A program made the translations under genes and the position numbers. From NCBI GenBank assembly GCA_951406725.2, contig OX597829.1, positions 14,012,001-14,076,000 on the forward strand: 64,000 nucleotides of DNA, in the 5' to 3' direction. This stretch comes from Octopus vulgaris. Its lineage: Eukaryota. The notes under the pieces were generated by a model. That model did no database searches. It was not told the origin of the DNA and saw only the letters and a program-made list of their open reading frames with translations. Positions 1 to 16,567 of this stretch are shown piece by piece (the first letter of the stretch is position 1; each line of letters starts with the position of its first letter).

Positions 1-487
1 GTTACTTCTGCTAAATATATATATATGTATTTATTTATATTTATATATACATACATATATACATACATACATAAATATACATTTGATTGCATGGAATAAG
101 TTATAATTAAATGTTTTGTTCACTAGATGTATATATATTTCTGTCAAATGAATTGAGGTATTTTATGTGAGGCTCATATATGCCTACATACAACACACAC
201 AAACACGCGTGCGCGCTCGCACACACTTACACACACACATATAAGCGTATAACTATGAACATATAGTGGTTTGGTGCATAATTATTGCGGCTTATTTCGA
301 CAAATTTTATTCAACAAAAACAATAGCATGTAACAAATCTTTAAATTATTATTCCGGAGCATATTCACCATCTACTTCAATTACTGCTTCCCATTGGCTT
401 GGCAGACAGTCAAACTGTCATTTAAATATTGTTACTGTTTCTGATTAATAAAGTTGAAAAAAGCCGCAACAATTCCGCACCAACCTA

Positions 488-560
<73 letters not shown>

Positions 561-637
561 TATGTATATATATATGTATATATATATATATATAAATATA
601 CATATATATACATATATATATACATATATATATACGT

Positions 638-693
<56 letters not shown>

Positions 694-694
694 A

Positions 695-751
<57 letters not shown>

Positions 752-1425
752 TGATTTGATTATATTTTCTGGGTAATAATTTATAGCGTTATTTCCAAAG
801 CACTTCTAAGGGCATCGGCTACCAGATGCAATCACACACTATAACTTCTCTTTTTCCTGGACCCCATAGGAAATCAGCGAGCATCCGAAGAGTTTATACA
901 AAAGAATTTAAATACGAGGAGATGCATTGAACAAGCTTTATTACAAATCACTACAATTGTTTCAAGACATCGGTGACGGCTGATACTTACACATACTATA
1001 TACCTTATTGCATGAATGTAATCCAGCAATGGCTGTATACATACTCGTCGTCAGGTGAGCAGCGTCCAGCTGAAACATATTGGCGAAATAATGTTTACCA
1101 TATGTGTAACATTCAGCAATTACCAACCGATAATCATGCACCGTAACTAAAGTATTGATTTGGAACAAAGGTACTACTTTTATATATCTTCTTTTATATA
1201 TGCATATATATAGACACTCATGCGTAAGAAGGCATATATATATATATATATATAATTATGTATATATGTGTGTGTATGCGTGTGCGTGTGTGTGTGTGCA
1301 TATATATTTATGTATATATATATATATATATATACATGTACATATATATGTATATATTTATGTATACATGTATACATATATACATGTGCGTGAGTAGGCA
1401 TATATGTATGTACGCATTTATACAC

Positions 1426-1471
<46 letters not shown>

Positions 1472-1480
1472 TCATATATA

Positions 1481-1774
1481 TTGGGTTTCAGAGGACCACA
1501 GCACTTTAACATCCTCCCTAAATGCCTGAGAGACTTACATGGTGTGGATGTGGGTTTCTTTAAAACTAAACTGGATCTCTTCTTGTTGAGAGTCCCAGAT
1601 GAGCCTACCTCACGACAGGAGACGCGGATGCGGACATCAGCATCGAATTCCCTTGTTGATCAAGTGCCACGTATCAGAGGTGGATTCACAAATTAGTGTA
1701 GCTCATTCAGCGGTGGTGCCCCAGCATGGCCGCGGCCTTCGGGCTAAAACATTTTTAAGGATTTAAGGATTTAA

Positions 1775-1778
<4 letters not shown>
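1481..1778 (+). mobile_element. 3' end of a CR1/L2-group LINE (ORF2 C-terminus, 3' UTR, (TTAAGGA)n tail), 5'-truncated, inserted in (TA)n
   Basis: ORF GPQHFNILPKCLRD...FKTKLDLFLLRVPDEP resembles the conserved ORF2 C-terminus of CR1/L2-group LINEs; tandem tail tttaagga x3 at ~1754-1778. Confidence 0.75.
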
Positions 1779-1834
<56 letters not shown>

Positions 1835-1950
1835 TTCGAGACAAAACCACTATTTTGCAAAACAAACAAATATAATATTTTACTATAAAATTGGATTTAA
1901 TCCTAAATCTGATTTTTTCCCTGTAAATTTGGATTTATTCCCTATATATT

Positions 1951-2033
<83 letters not shown>

Positions 2034-2365
2034 CACATACCAATATCCAAGCTGTGTTTCACATTTTGTTAAGTCGGTCATTGACTATTGATTTCTACAC
2101 CAGATACTTTTCCAGTATATAAAATACGTCACTCAATACTGTACTACCAGTCATATACATATATAGATGTATACAAATATTCAAACGTATGTATATGTGC
2201 ATATATACATGCATATATATATACATATATATATATATACGTATAGATGAAAGTATGTACATATACTCTTGTATATATGCATATATATATATATATATAT
2301 ACATATACATGTATGTATATATATGTATATTTGTATATATATATATATATACAAATATACATATA

Positions 2366-2417
<52 letters not shown>

Positions 2418-2735
2418 TGTATATATATGTATATATATATAAATATATACAAATATACATATACATATATATATATACATACAAATATACATATATATAT
2501 ATATACAAATATACATATATATATATATATACAATTATACATACATATATATATATATAAAAATATACCTACATATATATATATTATATATATATACACA
2601 AATATACATATATATATATATACACAAATATACATATATATATATACAAATATATATATATATACACAAATATACATATATATATATATACAAATATACA
2701 TATATATATATACAAATATACATATATATATACAA

Positions 2736-2804
<69 letters not shown>

Positions 2805-2867
2805 AATATACATACACATATATATATAATATATATATATGTATATTTGTATATATATATATATATA

Positions 2868-3023
2868 GGCTTCTTTCAGCTTCCGTCTACCAAATCCACT
2901 CACAAGGCAATGGTCGGCCCGGGGCTATAGCAGAAGACACTTGCCCAAGGTGCCACGCAGTGGGACTGAACCCGAAACCATGTGGTTGGTTAGCAAGCTA
3001 CTTACCACACAACCACTCCTCCG

Positions 3024-3026
<3 letters not shown>
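2868..3026 (-). mobile_element. SINE family 1, 5' half only
   Basis: Reverse complement of the head ggcgcaggagtggctgtgtggtaag...ggttcagtccc...gaaagaagcc seen in other copies. Confidence 0.9.
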
Positions 3027-3103
<77 letters not shown>

Positions 3104-3341
3104 AGATAAATGAATTATCTTATTACGGATAATTCAAATGATAACTGATACCTGGGTAGCAAAAATCACAACAGAAAAGGCACGGTTGAGGTTACGACCA
3201 TGGGGCCTAAATCCGTGCCTTAGTGCGATATATATATATATATATATATATATACTACTAATATAAGATGAAGTTTTTTTACAAAAAATTCCATCAAAAA
3301 ACATGGCAGCATAATAAAATGCCTGTAAGGTTAAAATTATA

Positions 3342-3412
<71 letters not shown>

Positions 3413-3502
3413 GTGATATTATTAAAATGCCATCACGAGTGGTAAGCGAATTATCAGCCGTATAGGCAAATATAATAAGATGTATACATGCAATATTAGA
3501 TA

Positions 3503-3553
<51 letters not shown>

Positions 3554-3589
3554 GGGTATTACATGAGTACCTATATTTGCTAATGATAG

Positions 3590-3811
3590 AAGTAAAAAAA
3601 TACTTCTGTACCACCGAATAGTCACAAAACTATTACAGACATTATAGGAAAAAATTATCAGCTAAATTTCGAAACTTGTACCAGGCTGACCAGCATTTAC
3701 TTCTTCTGACCCAGTAGAGGTAAGACATTATTATTGCTCACTCATATTGTTTTCCTATTATATCTGTAATAGTTTTATGACTATTCGCTGGTACAAAAGT
3801 ATTTTTTTACT
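3590..3811. repeat. Imperfect inverted repeat, ~70-bp arms (3590-3661 / 3741-3811)
   Basis: agtaaaaaaatacttctgtaccaccgaatagtcacaaaactattacaga vs tctgtaatagttttatgactattcgctggtacaaaagtatttttttact. Confidence 0.85.
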
Positions 3812-4206
3812 TTTTTGCGATTTTTCACATGCGTTCTAATTTTCCACCGTCTATCTCTAGAAAAGCCCTTTTTCTTAGTTCCCTCTCCGGTTATTCCTTA
3901 TTTGTACTGTTCTTTCTACTGTCTTTTCTTCATTTGTATTGCTTTTACGTCCTGTTCTCGTCACTTGTTTTACCCCTCTGCAAAAGAATTTTATTTAATT
4001 CCTTTTGCAGAAAGGACTGCTTCGGCCTGGCCGTGTTCTGTCCGAAACATGCATTGAGCCGAACCAGGGGCAGCTGATGAAGGGAAATTTTCCTTGTATT
4101 CTTTGTCTTGTACTCTGTTTTTTCGTTGTTAAAAAAAAGTCCGTTTCCTTGTTTGATTTTGTTTTCGTTTCTCGTTGGGTCCTACGTTTATTTGTAGTGT
4201 CCTGTA

Positions 4207-4331
<125 letters not shown>

Positions 4332-4522
4332 GCTTGTATATATACATGTAGATGTAAGTATGTACATATATGTATGTATATATGCATATATTTTATTTAT
4401 TTATTATATTGTTATTATATGACCGAACGCATGCGTCGTTTCTCTTCGTCTCTCTTCTCCAAGTAAGTTTATATACATATATATATCAAATGAAAAAATA
4501 ATAAACAGGACACAAAGGATGT

Positions 4523-4616
4523 CACGGTGCACATGTTTCGAGCTTTATAAAATAACTTATTCTTACATCAATGCATAATCAACATAACAGATAGTTTAAA
4601 GCCCTCTTCAGCCGCA
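4523..4616 (-). ncRNA. Hammerhead ribozyme motif with long stem II loop (degenerate at U16.1)
   Basis: Minus strand: UGCGG CUGAAGA GGGCUUUA...UAAAGCUC GAAA CAUGUG CA CCGUG. Confidence 0.65.
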
Positions 4617-4858
4617 TGCAATTGCTACACCAAAGACTTGTATCACATTATGAAAGGTTTGAGAAAGAATAATTGGTATTATTTATAATGGTAGGTAAAC
4701 TGAGTATCACTGAGAAAGTATGTTTGTAAATCTTCATAATCAAATAGGTGTACAGGGTATTATTGGACTCCAAAAATCCGTCCATACCCTTTTCTCACTC
4801 AATATAGAGTGAATACTGGGTAGATTCCGGTTGGGTTCATTCCTCTTGTAAGGGAAGG

Positions 4859-4949
<91 letters not shown>

Positions 4950-5414
4950 TAAATTTTAGGGTAGCAAAAGAATTCTAGAACAATTCTCCGCTACCAGCGG
5001 TCTAGCGTGAAAGAAAAATTACTCGATAGACTATATAATATACATTATATGTATATTATATAATATACATTATAGCGAGAAAGAAAAATTACTCAATAGA
5101 CTATATAATATACATTTAAACACATAAGAGATGGCCATAATAGGACATCTGACTCACTAGAAAGAGCAGTTAAACTCCAAACTACTAATAGTTGTAATTC
5201 TGAAATGGAAAGAGATATAAGCTGATGAAGGGGAATTTTCCTTGTATTGTTTGTCCTGTACTCTGTTTTTTCGTTGTTTAAAAAAAGTCCGTTTCCTTGT
5301 TTGTATTTATGTTTTCGTTTCTCGTTGTGTTCTATGTTTATTTGCATGTATATATGCATGTATATATACATGTAGATGTAAATATGTACTTATATGTATG
5401 TATATATGCATTTA

Positions 5415-5445
<31 letters not shown>

Positions 5446-5504
5446 ACTATATTTGTTCCACGTCCTCGCGTTGTTGTGTTTTTTGTGCTTTCTTGTTTGG
5501 ATTA

Positions 5505-5602
<98 letters not shown>

Positions 5603-6399
5603 TATATGTATGTATATATAATATTATATTATATTATATTATATTATATTATATTATATTATATTATATTATATTATTATTCATTGCGTTTTGGAAACTA
5701 CTCAATAGTGTTTGGATTAATGACTATTGAAAAGGTTGCAAGATGCAACGTAAATTATATTTTAAATATTTAAGTAAATGAGTAGAAACATTACTGGTGA
5801 AAGTGTAAAATTATAAGGAACTAAAAGAGAATGACTCTCCCCATGCATATTTTCTGTCTATGTTTGTCCCCTATCAGTGTTGGTTTCTTTACGTCCCCGT
5901 AAATTGGCAGTTCCGCAAAATAGAACACAGGAATAAGTACTGGTCTTTAAAAAAATAAAACCTGGACTCAATTTCTTCGACCAAAGCCTTCAAGGTGATA
6001 CTCCAGCATGACCGCAATCGAAAGTAACTGCAACAAGTAAAACAATAAAAAAATTTTTAAATACATAAACATGCATATATCATATATATATATATGTATA
6101 TCTGTATGCATACGCATATATAGATGACTATTTTTGTGCGCTTGTGTTCAAGCAGGAATATGTGTGTGTGTACGTGTGTTTGTTTGTGCGTCTGCGTGTG
6201 TGTGTGCGTGTGCGTGTGCGTGTGTGTGTGTGTGTCTGTGTCTGTGTGTGTGTGTGTGCTAATAATAATATTTTATAAGCTTAAAGCTTATAAGCGTTCC
6301 CCGGGCATTGATTTAGGATATCTGGTAAGCGGCTAGTTATTTGGTGAAAATCGGCACCGCTTACCAAATATTCGTTATAAATGTATACGTAAATTTGTG

Positions 6400-6500
<101 letters not shown>

Positions 6501-6546
6501 CAAGTCAAAAATAGAAAATGCTAAAATAATTTTATAGTGAACATTT

Positions 6547-6584
6547 CAGTACCGGTTTCGGTCATTTTGAGACCTTTTCAACTG
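6547..6584 (-). ncRNA. Minimal hammerhead ribozyme, U3-A8 core variant
   Basis: Minus strand: CAG UUGAAAA GGUC UCAAAAU GACC GAAA CCGG UA CUG; second copy at 55916-55952 (+). Confidence 0.8.
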
Positions 6585-6784
6585 TAACGATTAAATAATT
6601 AAATTTAGAAAAATTAGAAGAAAAGTTTTTTTAAAAGAATATTTCTATAGTAGTGTTCAGATTTAAGTGGCATTCTGCCTTTCTCTGACTCCCTTGTTTG
6701 CACTTGTGTGTTCGAGGTAGTTATATATATATATATATATATATGTAAGTGTATATATAAAATATATATATATATATATATATC

Positions 6785-7002
6785 TTTTTTTTTTACTTCT
6801 TTTCGTTATTCTACTGCGGCCATACTGGAGCACCGCCTTTAGTCGAGCAAATTGACACCAGAACTTATTCTTTCGAAGCCTAGTATTTATTCTATCGGTC
6901 TCTTTTGCCGAACCGCTAATTTACGGAGAGGTAAACACACCACCATCAGTTGTCAAGTGATGTTGGGGACAAACGCAGACATGCAAACATTTTCACACAC
7001 AG

Positions 7003-7063
<61 letters not shown>

Positions 7064-7228
7064 AGACCAGCTTTTCTTTGAATTTCCGTCTACCAAGTCC
7101 ACTCACAAGGCTGTGGTAGGCCGAAGTTATGGTAGTAGACACTTTCCCAAAGTGCCACGCAGTGGGACTGAACCCGGAACCATATAGTTGGTAAGCCAGC
7201 TACTTACCGCATAGTTACTCCTGCACCT
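6785..7228 (-). mobile_element. SINE family 1, full length, diverged
   Basis: Head, internal (TA)/(TG) tract and tail all match the family. Confidence 0.9.
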
Positions 7229-7241
7229 ATGTGTGTATATG

Positions 7242-7309
<68 letters not shown>

Positions 7310-7552
7310 TGTATATATACTTGTAGATGTAAATGTGTACATATATGTATGTATATATGCATATATTTTATTTATATATATATATATATATATTTGTATG
7401 TATATGTATGCATATATGTATATGTATGTATATATATATATATGTATATATATGTATATATACATATATGTATATATACATACATATATATATAAATATA
7501 TATATATATGTGCATGCATATATAAATATATATGCATGTGTATGTTTGTATG

Positions 7553-7666
<114 letters not shown>

Positions 7667-7794
7667 CCGTGTACGTATGGATCTGTATATATATATATAT
7701 ATATATATACATTATCGAAGGGACAGAAGTTTGTGATGACAATCTTTTTAAATATTACGTATATAAACATGCATGCGTGTCTTTGTATGTATAA

Positions 7795-7831
<37 letters not shown>

Positions 7832-7938
7832 GATATAGATATATACATACATACATACATACATACAAACACACACATGCATATATATTTATATATATAT
7901 ACAGATACATATATATTCATATATATGTATTATATATA

Positions 7939-8720
<782 letters not shown>

Positions 8721-8858
8721 TAAATGAATATATATTATATACATCTGTATGTTTATATGGATATAAAGAAATATCACATCATATAAAAGTATATAAATGT
8801 ATGTATGAGTACACACACACATATATACACACACATACACACACACAGATACACACAT

Positions 8859-8906
<48 letters not shown>

Positions 8907-8937
8907 AGAGAGAGAGTGTGTGACAGATAGATAAATA

Positions 8938-8992
<55 letters not shown>

Positions 8993-9849
8993 TGTTTCTT
9001 TATTAGCCACACAGGGCTGCACACAGACAGGACAAAATTACAAGGTAGAGCTTTTCTTTTGGGGGTAAAAGAAGGGGGTTTGGTTTTCGATTAAAAGGGA
9101 TCGTAAATGGAAAGAAAGAGGACAAAAAAGGGGGGATAAAATAAGATTAAAAAAAAAAAAGATAGATGATAGATAGATATTATGTGTGTGTGTATACTTG
9201 TGTGTGTGTGTGTGTGTGTGTTTGTGTTTATGTATGTGTGTGTATGTGTGTGTTTGTTTGTGGGCGCGTGACTGACATCTAGTTTATGTACAAGTGTTTA
9301 ATGCATTCCGAAAACGGCCAGAAAATTTTTTTCACTGCCATTCAATTGTTTCTACATGATGTAGATAGGTTGATTTTTGAAAATACCCTTCACACACACA
9401 CACTCACACACTATGTCAACAACTGCCATATATTATGTGGTTGAACAAGTAAATCTCTTTAGTCGTACAATTTTCTTAAAGTGAAATATGTGAGCTTTGT
9501 AAACGCCATTACAATGTATAGCACGGACTATATTTCCCACGGTTGGTCCTTCTCAATGATTAGCTCGCAAAGTTTAAGAACTCTTCTTCTTCTAGCTGCA
9601 TTCATGAGCGCCTACCCATAATATATATGCCAGAATTTCTGCAAATTTAACATAGGCCTCAAAAGATATTTAGTGATCCACAAAGATCAGAAGTTAACTG
9701 CAGCTCTTGGTGGCCCAATTTCGATATCCAATCGATGGGGGTGTCTTCTCAAAACATTGTCTAGCCACATCAAATATCATGATTATTCTAAAGTGTAGGT
9801 ACAGGAGGTATATAAATGCACACATACACATATATATGCATATATATAA

Positions 9850-9900
<51 letters not shown>

Positions 9901-9901
<1 letters not shown>

Positions 9902-10075
9902 TCTTTTACTCTTTTACTTGTTTCAGTCATTTGACTGCGGCCATGCTGGAGCACCGCCTTTAGTCGAACAACTTGGTCTCTTTTGCCGAACCGCTGGGTA
10001 ACAGGGACATAAAAACACCAGCATCGGTTGTCATGCAATGCTAGGAGGACAAACACAGACACACAAACACACACA

Positions 10076-10126
<51 letters not shown>

Positions 10127-10291
10127 ACGACGGGCTTCTTTCAGTTTCCGTCTACCAAATCCACTCACAAGGCTTTGGTCGGCCCGAGGCTATAGTAGAA
10201 AACACTTGCCTAAGGTGCCACGCATTGGGACTGAACCCGGGACCATGTGGTTGGTAAACAAGCTACTTACCACACAGCCATTCCTGCGCCT
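9901..10291 (-). mobile_element. SINE family 1
   Basis: Family sequence with a small internal deletion. Confidence 0.9.
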
Positions 10292-10367
10292 ATATATATA
10301 TATATATACATACATATGTATCTACACATATACATATATATATATACATATATATACATATGCATAT

Positions 10368-10427
<60 letters not shown>

Positions 10428-10428
10428 G

Positions 10429-10521
<93 letters not shown>

Positions 10522-10528
10522 GTTTTGT

Positions 10529-10880
10529 AGGCGCAGGATTGGCTGAGTGGTAAGAAGCTTGCCTCTCAACCACATTGTTCCGGGTTCAGCTCAATGCGTA
10601 GCAACTTGGGCAAGTGTCTTTTACTATGGTAACGGGCCAAACAATGCTTTGTATATATATATATATATATATGCATATATATTTGTGTGTGTCTTTGTGT
10701 TTGTGTTTGTCCCAGCATCATCGCTTGACAACCGATGTTGGTTTGTTTACATTCCTATAACTTAGCACTTCAGTTTACAAAGATTAAGTCCTGGGGTCGA
10801 TTTCTTCGACTTAAACCTTTTAAGACGGTGTTCTAGCATGGCCGCAGTCAAAATTACTGAAACGTGTAAATGAATAAAAG
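10529..10880 (+). mobile_element. SINE family 1, diverged
   Basis: ggcgcaggattggctgagtggtaag...agcatggccgcagtc. Confidence 0.85.
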
Positions 10881-11205
10881 AATATACATATACATATATA
10901 TTTATATCCATACATGTATATATCTATCATATATATATATATATCATATATGTATATGTATAAAAATATATATTTTTTTATACATACACGTATATGTATA
11001 TATATATACTCATATATATCATATATGTATATATATTATATATATATATATTATATATATATATATACTCTCTTTTACTCTTTTTCTTGTTTCAGTCATT
11101 TGACTGCGGTCATCATCAATAACATTTGATCATTCATTTTCCCTGTAACTATGATAGTTAGCACTTCCATCATCATCCTTCTACTTATCATGCTTGGATC
11201 CTGCG

Positions 11206-11790
<585 letters not shown>

Positions 11791-12217
11791 TATGATGTAG
11801 GTATTGTCAAGTTCCAACTGTTTCCTCTTGAAGCACATCTGCTTACTCAATTGTTACAGTCCAATATGAATTGGCTGTCACTTTGTATAGTTGCAAGGGA
11901 CATATTTAAAGTTGAAAGTTCTGTAAATATTGCTTACGGTGATATTTTATAACCAGAAAGTTGGAAATTTTATTTGTATTTTTAATTTACCGTCTTTTAT
12001 GTTCCATTTCCTAATAAGAAATACAGCGTTTTACATGTTAGACGTGTAAGGAATTTCTTCAAATAGAGAAATTAAAGAATAGAAATATTTCATTTGGTTG
12101 ATTCATCTAAATATAAAATTAGTATTCTATTATTTCTGTATATGTCTAACATTTAAAACTCTGTAATTCGAATTATCGAATGAAACATGTGTAATGGTGA
12201 ATATATATATACAGATA

Positions 12218-12282
<65 letters not shown>

Positions 12283-12309
12283 GTGTGTGTATGTATGTAT
12301 ATATGTTAT

Positions 12310-12650
12310 CGAGTTAGAAAACAGAGCGATCTAATGGATACAAAGTAATTTATTAATTAATTCACCAACAATTGTTTCATTTCTCAACCAAAATAAAAAC
12401 TACAAAACACATATAAATATATAATTTTACATTTTAATTACCTTGTATGGAAAATCATCAGGGTGTGTAAAGGATAATAAGGATTACATTAAGATACATC
12501 CTTATGATGATTTTCCATACAAGGTATTTAAAATGCAAAATTATATATTTATATATGTTTTGTAGTTTTTATTTTGGTTGAGAAATGAAACAATTATTAG
12601 TGAATTAATTAATACTTTGTATCCATTAGATCGCTCTGTTTTCTAGCTCG
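12310..12650. repeat. Fold-back inverted repeat, ~150-bp arms, ~45-bp spacer
   Basis: cgagttagaaaacagagcgatctaatggatacaaagt... / ...actttgtatccattagatcgctctgttttctagctcg. Confidence 0.95.
12363..12465 (-). ncRNA. Hammerhead ribozyme motif, canonical core, long stem II insert
   Basis: Minus strand: CACC CUGAUGA UUUUC...GAAAU GAAA CAAUUG UU GGUG. Confidence 0.75.
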
Positions 12651-12823
12651 AAAACAATGTTTGATATATTATGATATCTTATACAATATATTCATTGAAG
12701 AATTGTCTTCTCAAAATATAATGTATTAAACCAGTGTATCTTGGATAAATACCCTTATAAGAGGTTTATATATCCTTATTGTGACTATATATACATACAT
12801 ATATGTATATATGTATATGTATA

Positions 12824-12905
<82 letters not shown>

Positions 12906-12959
12906 TATACAATACTATACATATTTAAGAACACAACTTCTGATTTAATAAAATAACAC

Positions 12960-14010
12960 TTGTCCAACAAAAACTCAATATATTTTCAAACATTTTTGTG
13001 CGGATGTTCTCGCTAAACTATTCTATGAATCCAGCTTTTGTTTCGATGACTCCTTTAATGTGGAACAGGAACCATCGTCATTCCTGCACTAAATCTCTTA
13101 TTCATTTTCTGAAATCACCTTACTATAGAAGCCTTCATTTGACTCTATAGTATTGCGAGGATGTTGATCAGTTACCCACTTACAATATTCCTAATTTTAC
13201 AGCCCGTGGCATTTAAATCTGACGAGCTTGAAGGCCGCATATTTAGTGTTATATGATCATAAAGATTATCGTACATCCATTCTTGCGTTACTTGGGCTTT
13301 GTGAGATGTTGAGTCTTGTTCGAAAAACGAACACCTTGCACTGCATACTTGATCCCATTCAAAAAACAATTCTTTACAGTACCTCAACATATCCAGCAGC
13401 ATTAATTCTAATAACCTATGGAAAAATCTGTGGTGACATGACTTTCATTATTCAACACTTCTAAAATCGTCAGATTTGTAGAAAAATCACTCTGAAGACA
13501 TCAGAAATATCTGCACATAAGTATTTGTCATTTCGCCTTTCAGAATTTTGACGCTGGTAGAATATTTTCTCATCAAAGAACCAAAGCTTAATAAGTTTGT
13601 GAGGGTTTAACTTTGATAAGTAATCTCTTTGTATAGATCAAACGATTTTCCTGAGTCTTTGCAGACATTAATTAGCCTACCCTCAGTAAATACAATTTTA
13701 TTCAGAATGTCCTCGTGCACCACGGTTCTGGTAGTTTGCTCCGACGCCAGTTCTTTGGTGATGGTCCTCGTTAAATTTTCAGTACAATCATCGATAAAGT
13801 TTCAAACACATTGGCTGAATTCGAGTGCCCGAACGTTTAGAATGGCTTCTGTTTCGTTTTTTTCCCTTTGTCTTTGTTTTTTTGTCGTTTTTTTTTTCAT
13901 TGATACATTTGAAACATTCCCGCCAGATGCTTCATTTAAAGTTTGTGTACAAAAGACCTTGTAACATTTAGGAGGCTGGCAATTTCTAAATCGTTGTGTT
14001 CTGCACATAT
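12960..14010 (-). pseudogene. Decayed Tc1/mariner-superfamily transposase, maT/Bmmar1 (DD37D)-like
   Basis: Minus-strand frames give TITKELASEQTTRTVVHEDI, LWFFDEKIFYQRQNSERRNDKYLCAD and FFEQDSTSHKAQVTQEWMYDNLYDHITLNMRPSSSSDLN (cf. FQQDSAPxH...WPPSSPDLNPLD); stops and frameshifts; TIRs not resolved. Confidence 0.75.
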
Positions 14011-14206
14011 AACAATCACAGCCAGTCTTTTATTTTATGTTAGCATTTTATCAGCCAGTAGAGACCTGAGAGAAATAATACCCTTTTAATTGGTCTGAAG
14101 AGAATAATATGCGAATAATATACTGATAATTAAGTGTTCTCAAATACCACTTGCACATGCGCATGAGTATATCTGTGTCTCTATATACACACACACATAT
14201 GTATTC

Positions 14207-14290
<84 letters not shown>

Positions 14291-14447
14291 ATGTATGTAT
14301 GCATGTATAAGATGGATTCTTCCGTCGATTTTGACGAATGAGTTTTCAATTGTTTGATCCAAGTACTATAAAAATACTGCTCTTTGTATTAATGGAAAAA
14401 ATCGGGAAAATTGTTGAGCTTCTTAACCCAACAGGCTTGCTTACATC

Positions 14448-14582
<135 letters not shown>

Positions 14583-14969
14583 TATACACATACACACAAC
14601 ACACATACAAACACATAAACACTCACATACATGAAGGATTACCATAAATACAAGATTGTATCATTTCTCCCTACATATGTTTCAACATTGTGGTTATTTG
14701 GAACTCTTTATTGAGAACTCCAAGTGTAACTGGATATTAAGCGCAACGGACCGTCAGTGAACACTGTATTGCATCATATTACAGGGCGCTGCCTGTAACA
14801 AATGATTTCAGCATGTGCTTATAATAAATGCTCGTACATTTGTTCAGTATATCATAATTAGTAATATCACAACCTGGATGATGATAATTAGCGTGGAGCT
14901 GCAACCTCAACAGAATCAATTGTACATCTATAACTACACACAAGATATAACAGATAGATAGATAGATAA

Positions 14970-15023
<54 letters not shown>

Positions 15024-15028
15024 GGATG

Positions 15029-15362
<334 letters not shown>

Positions 15363-15387
15363 TATATATATTGTCACCACGACTACA

Positions 15388-15432
15388 TGAACCTGAAGAT
15401 TGCATAATTTAATGCATGAAAGTACTAGTTCA
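15388..15432 (+). ncRNA. Minimal type-I hammerhead ribozyme, canonical core
   Basis: UGAAC CUGAAGA U UGCAU AAUUUA AUGCA U GAAA GUAC UA GUUCA: 5-bp stem I, 5-bp stem II, palindromic GUAC stem III loop. Confidence 0.88.
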
Positions 15433-15666
15433 ATCAGAAGGAACATTTAACATTCTATTATTTTATTTTATTTTATTATATTATATTATATTATATTATA
15501 TTATATTATATTATATCATTATAAGATTGTAAATAAAACGTGAAAATCAGACAAGGTTGGAATTCCTTTTATTAATATATTCTTCTATACACTATCACAC
15601 ACACCCGTATGTATATTTTGTGTATTTCACGTTCTTGTTTCTTTATATATAAATTTTATTCCTATA

Positions 15667-15918
<252 letters not shown>

Positions 15919-16114
15919 TTTGGATACTCAATATTTCATATATTCAATAAGACAATCAATACTTCATTTCATTTTACTATATATATATCATTTATACTAT
16001 ATATTCTATATTCTACATTAATATTATAAAGAATATAAATAAGACATTAAAAACAGTGTTGGAATACCTTTGAATAATATATATCCCTTATACACAATCA
16101 TACAAACGCCTTTA

Positions 16115-16187
<73 letters not shown>

Positions 16188-16322
16188 GTATGTATATATA
16201 TATGTATGTATATATATATGTATGTATATATATATATACATATATATACATATATATACACATATATATACACATATATACATACACATATATATAGGCG
16301 CATATATACACATACATATATA

Positions 16323-16553
16323 TATTTCTTTACTACCCACAAGGGGCTAAACACAGAGGGGACAAACAAGGACAGACAAAGGGATTAAATCAATTACATC
16401 GACCCCAGTGCGTAACTGGTACTTATTTAATCGACCCCGAAAGGTTGAAAAGCAAAGTCGACCTCGGCGGAATTTGAACTCAGAACGTAGCGACAGACGA
16501 AATACCGCTAAGCATTTCGCCCGGTGTGCTAACGTTTCTGCCAGTTCGCAGCC
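16323..16553 (-). mobile_element. SINE family 2 (tRNA-derived, gcgagctggcagaa...gagttcaaattcc), full length
   Basis: A/B-box-like head; related copies at ~20470-20640, 20665-20870, 24700-24875, 32235-32400, 33846-34072, 34450-34622, 49470-49575. Confidence 0.88.
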
Positions 16554-16567
16554 TTGATATATATATA

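Noticed and set aside
962-1168. Possible minus-strand exon (tttcag acceptor ~1070, gt donors ~1003/989)
   Set aside because: Short, no recognisable protein similarity, no partner exons
9300-9800. Unique sequence with a signal-peptide-like mini frame
   Set aside because: Stops in all frames; no supportable exon
14650-14950. Unique island, possible exon on minus strand
   Set aside because: No recognisable motif or clear splice pair
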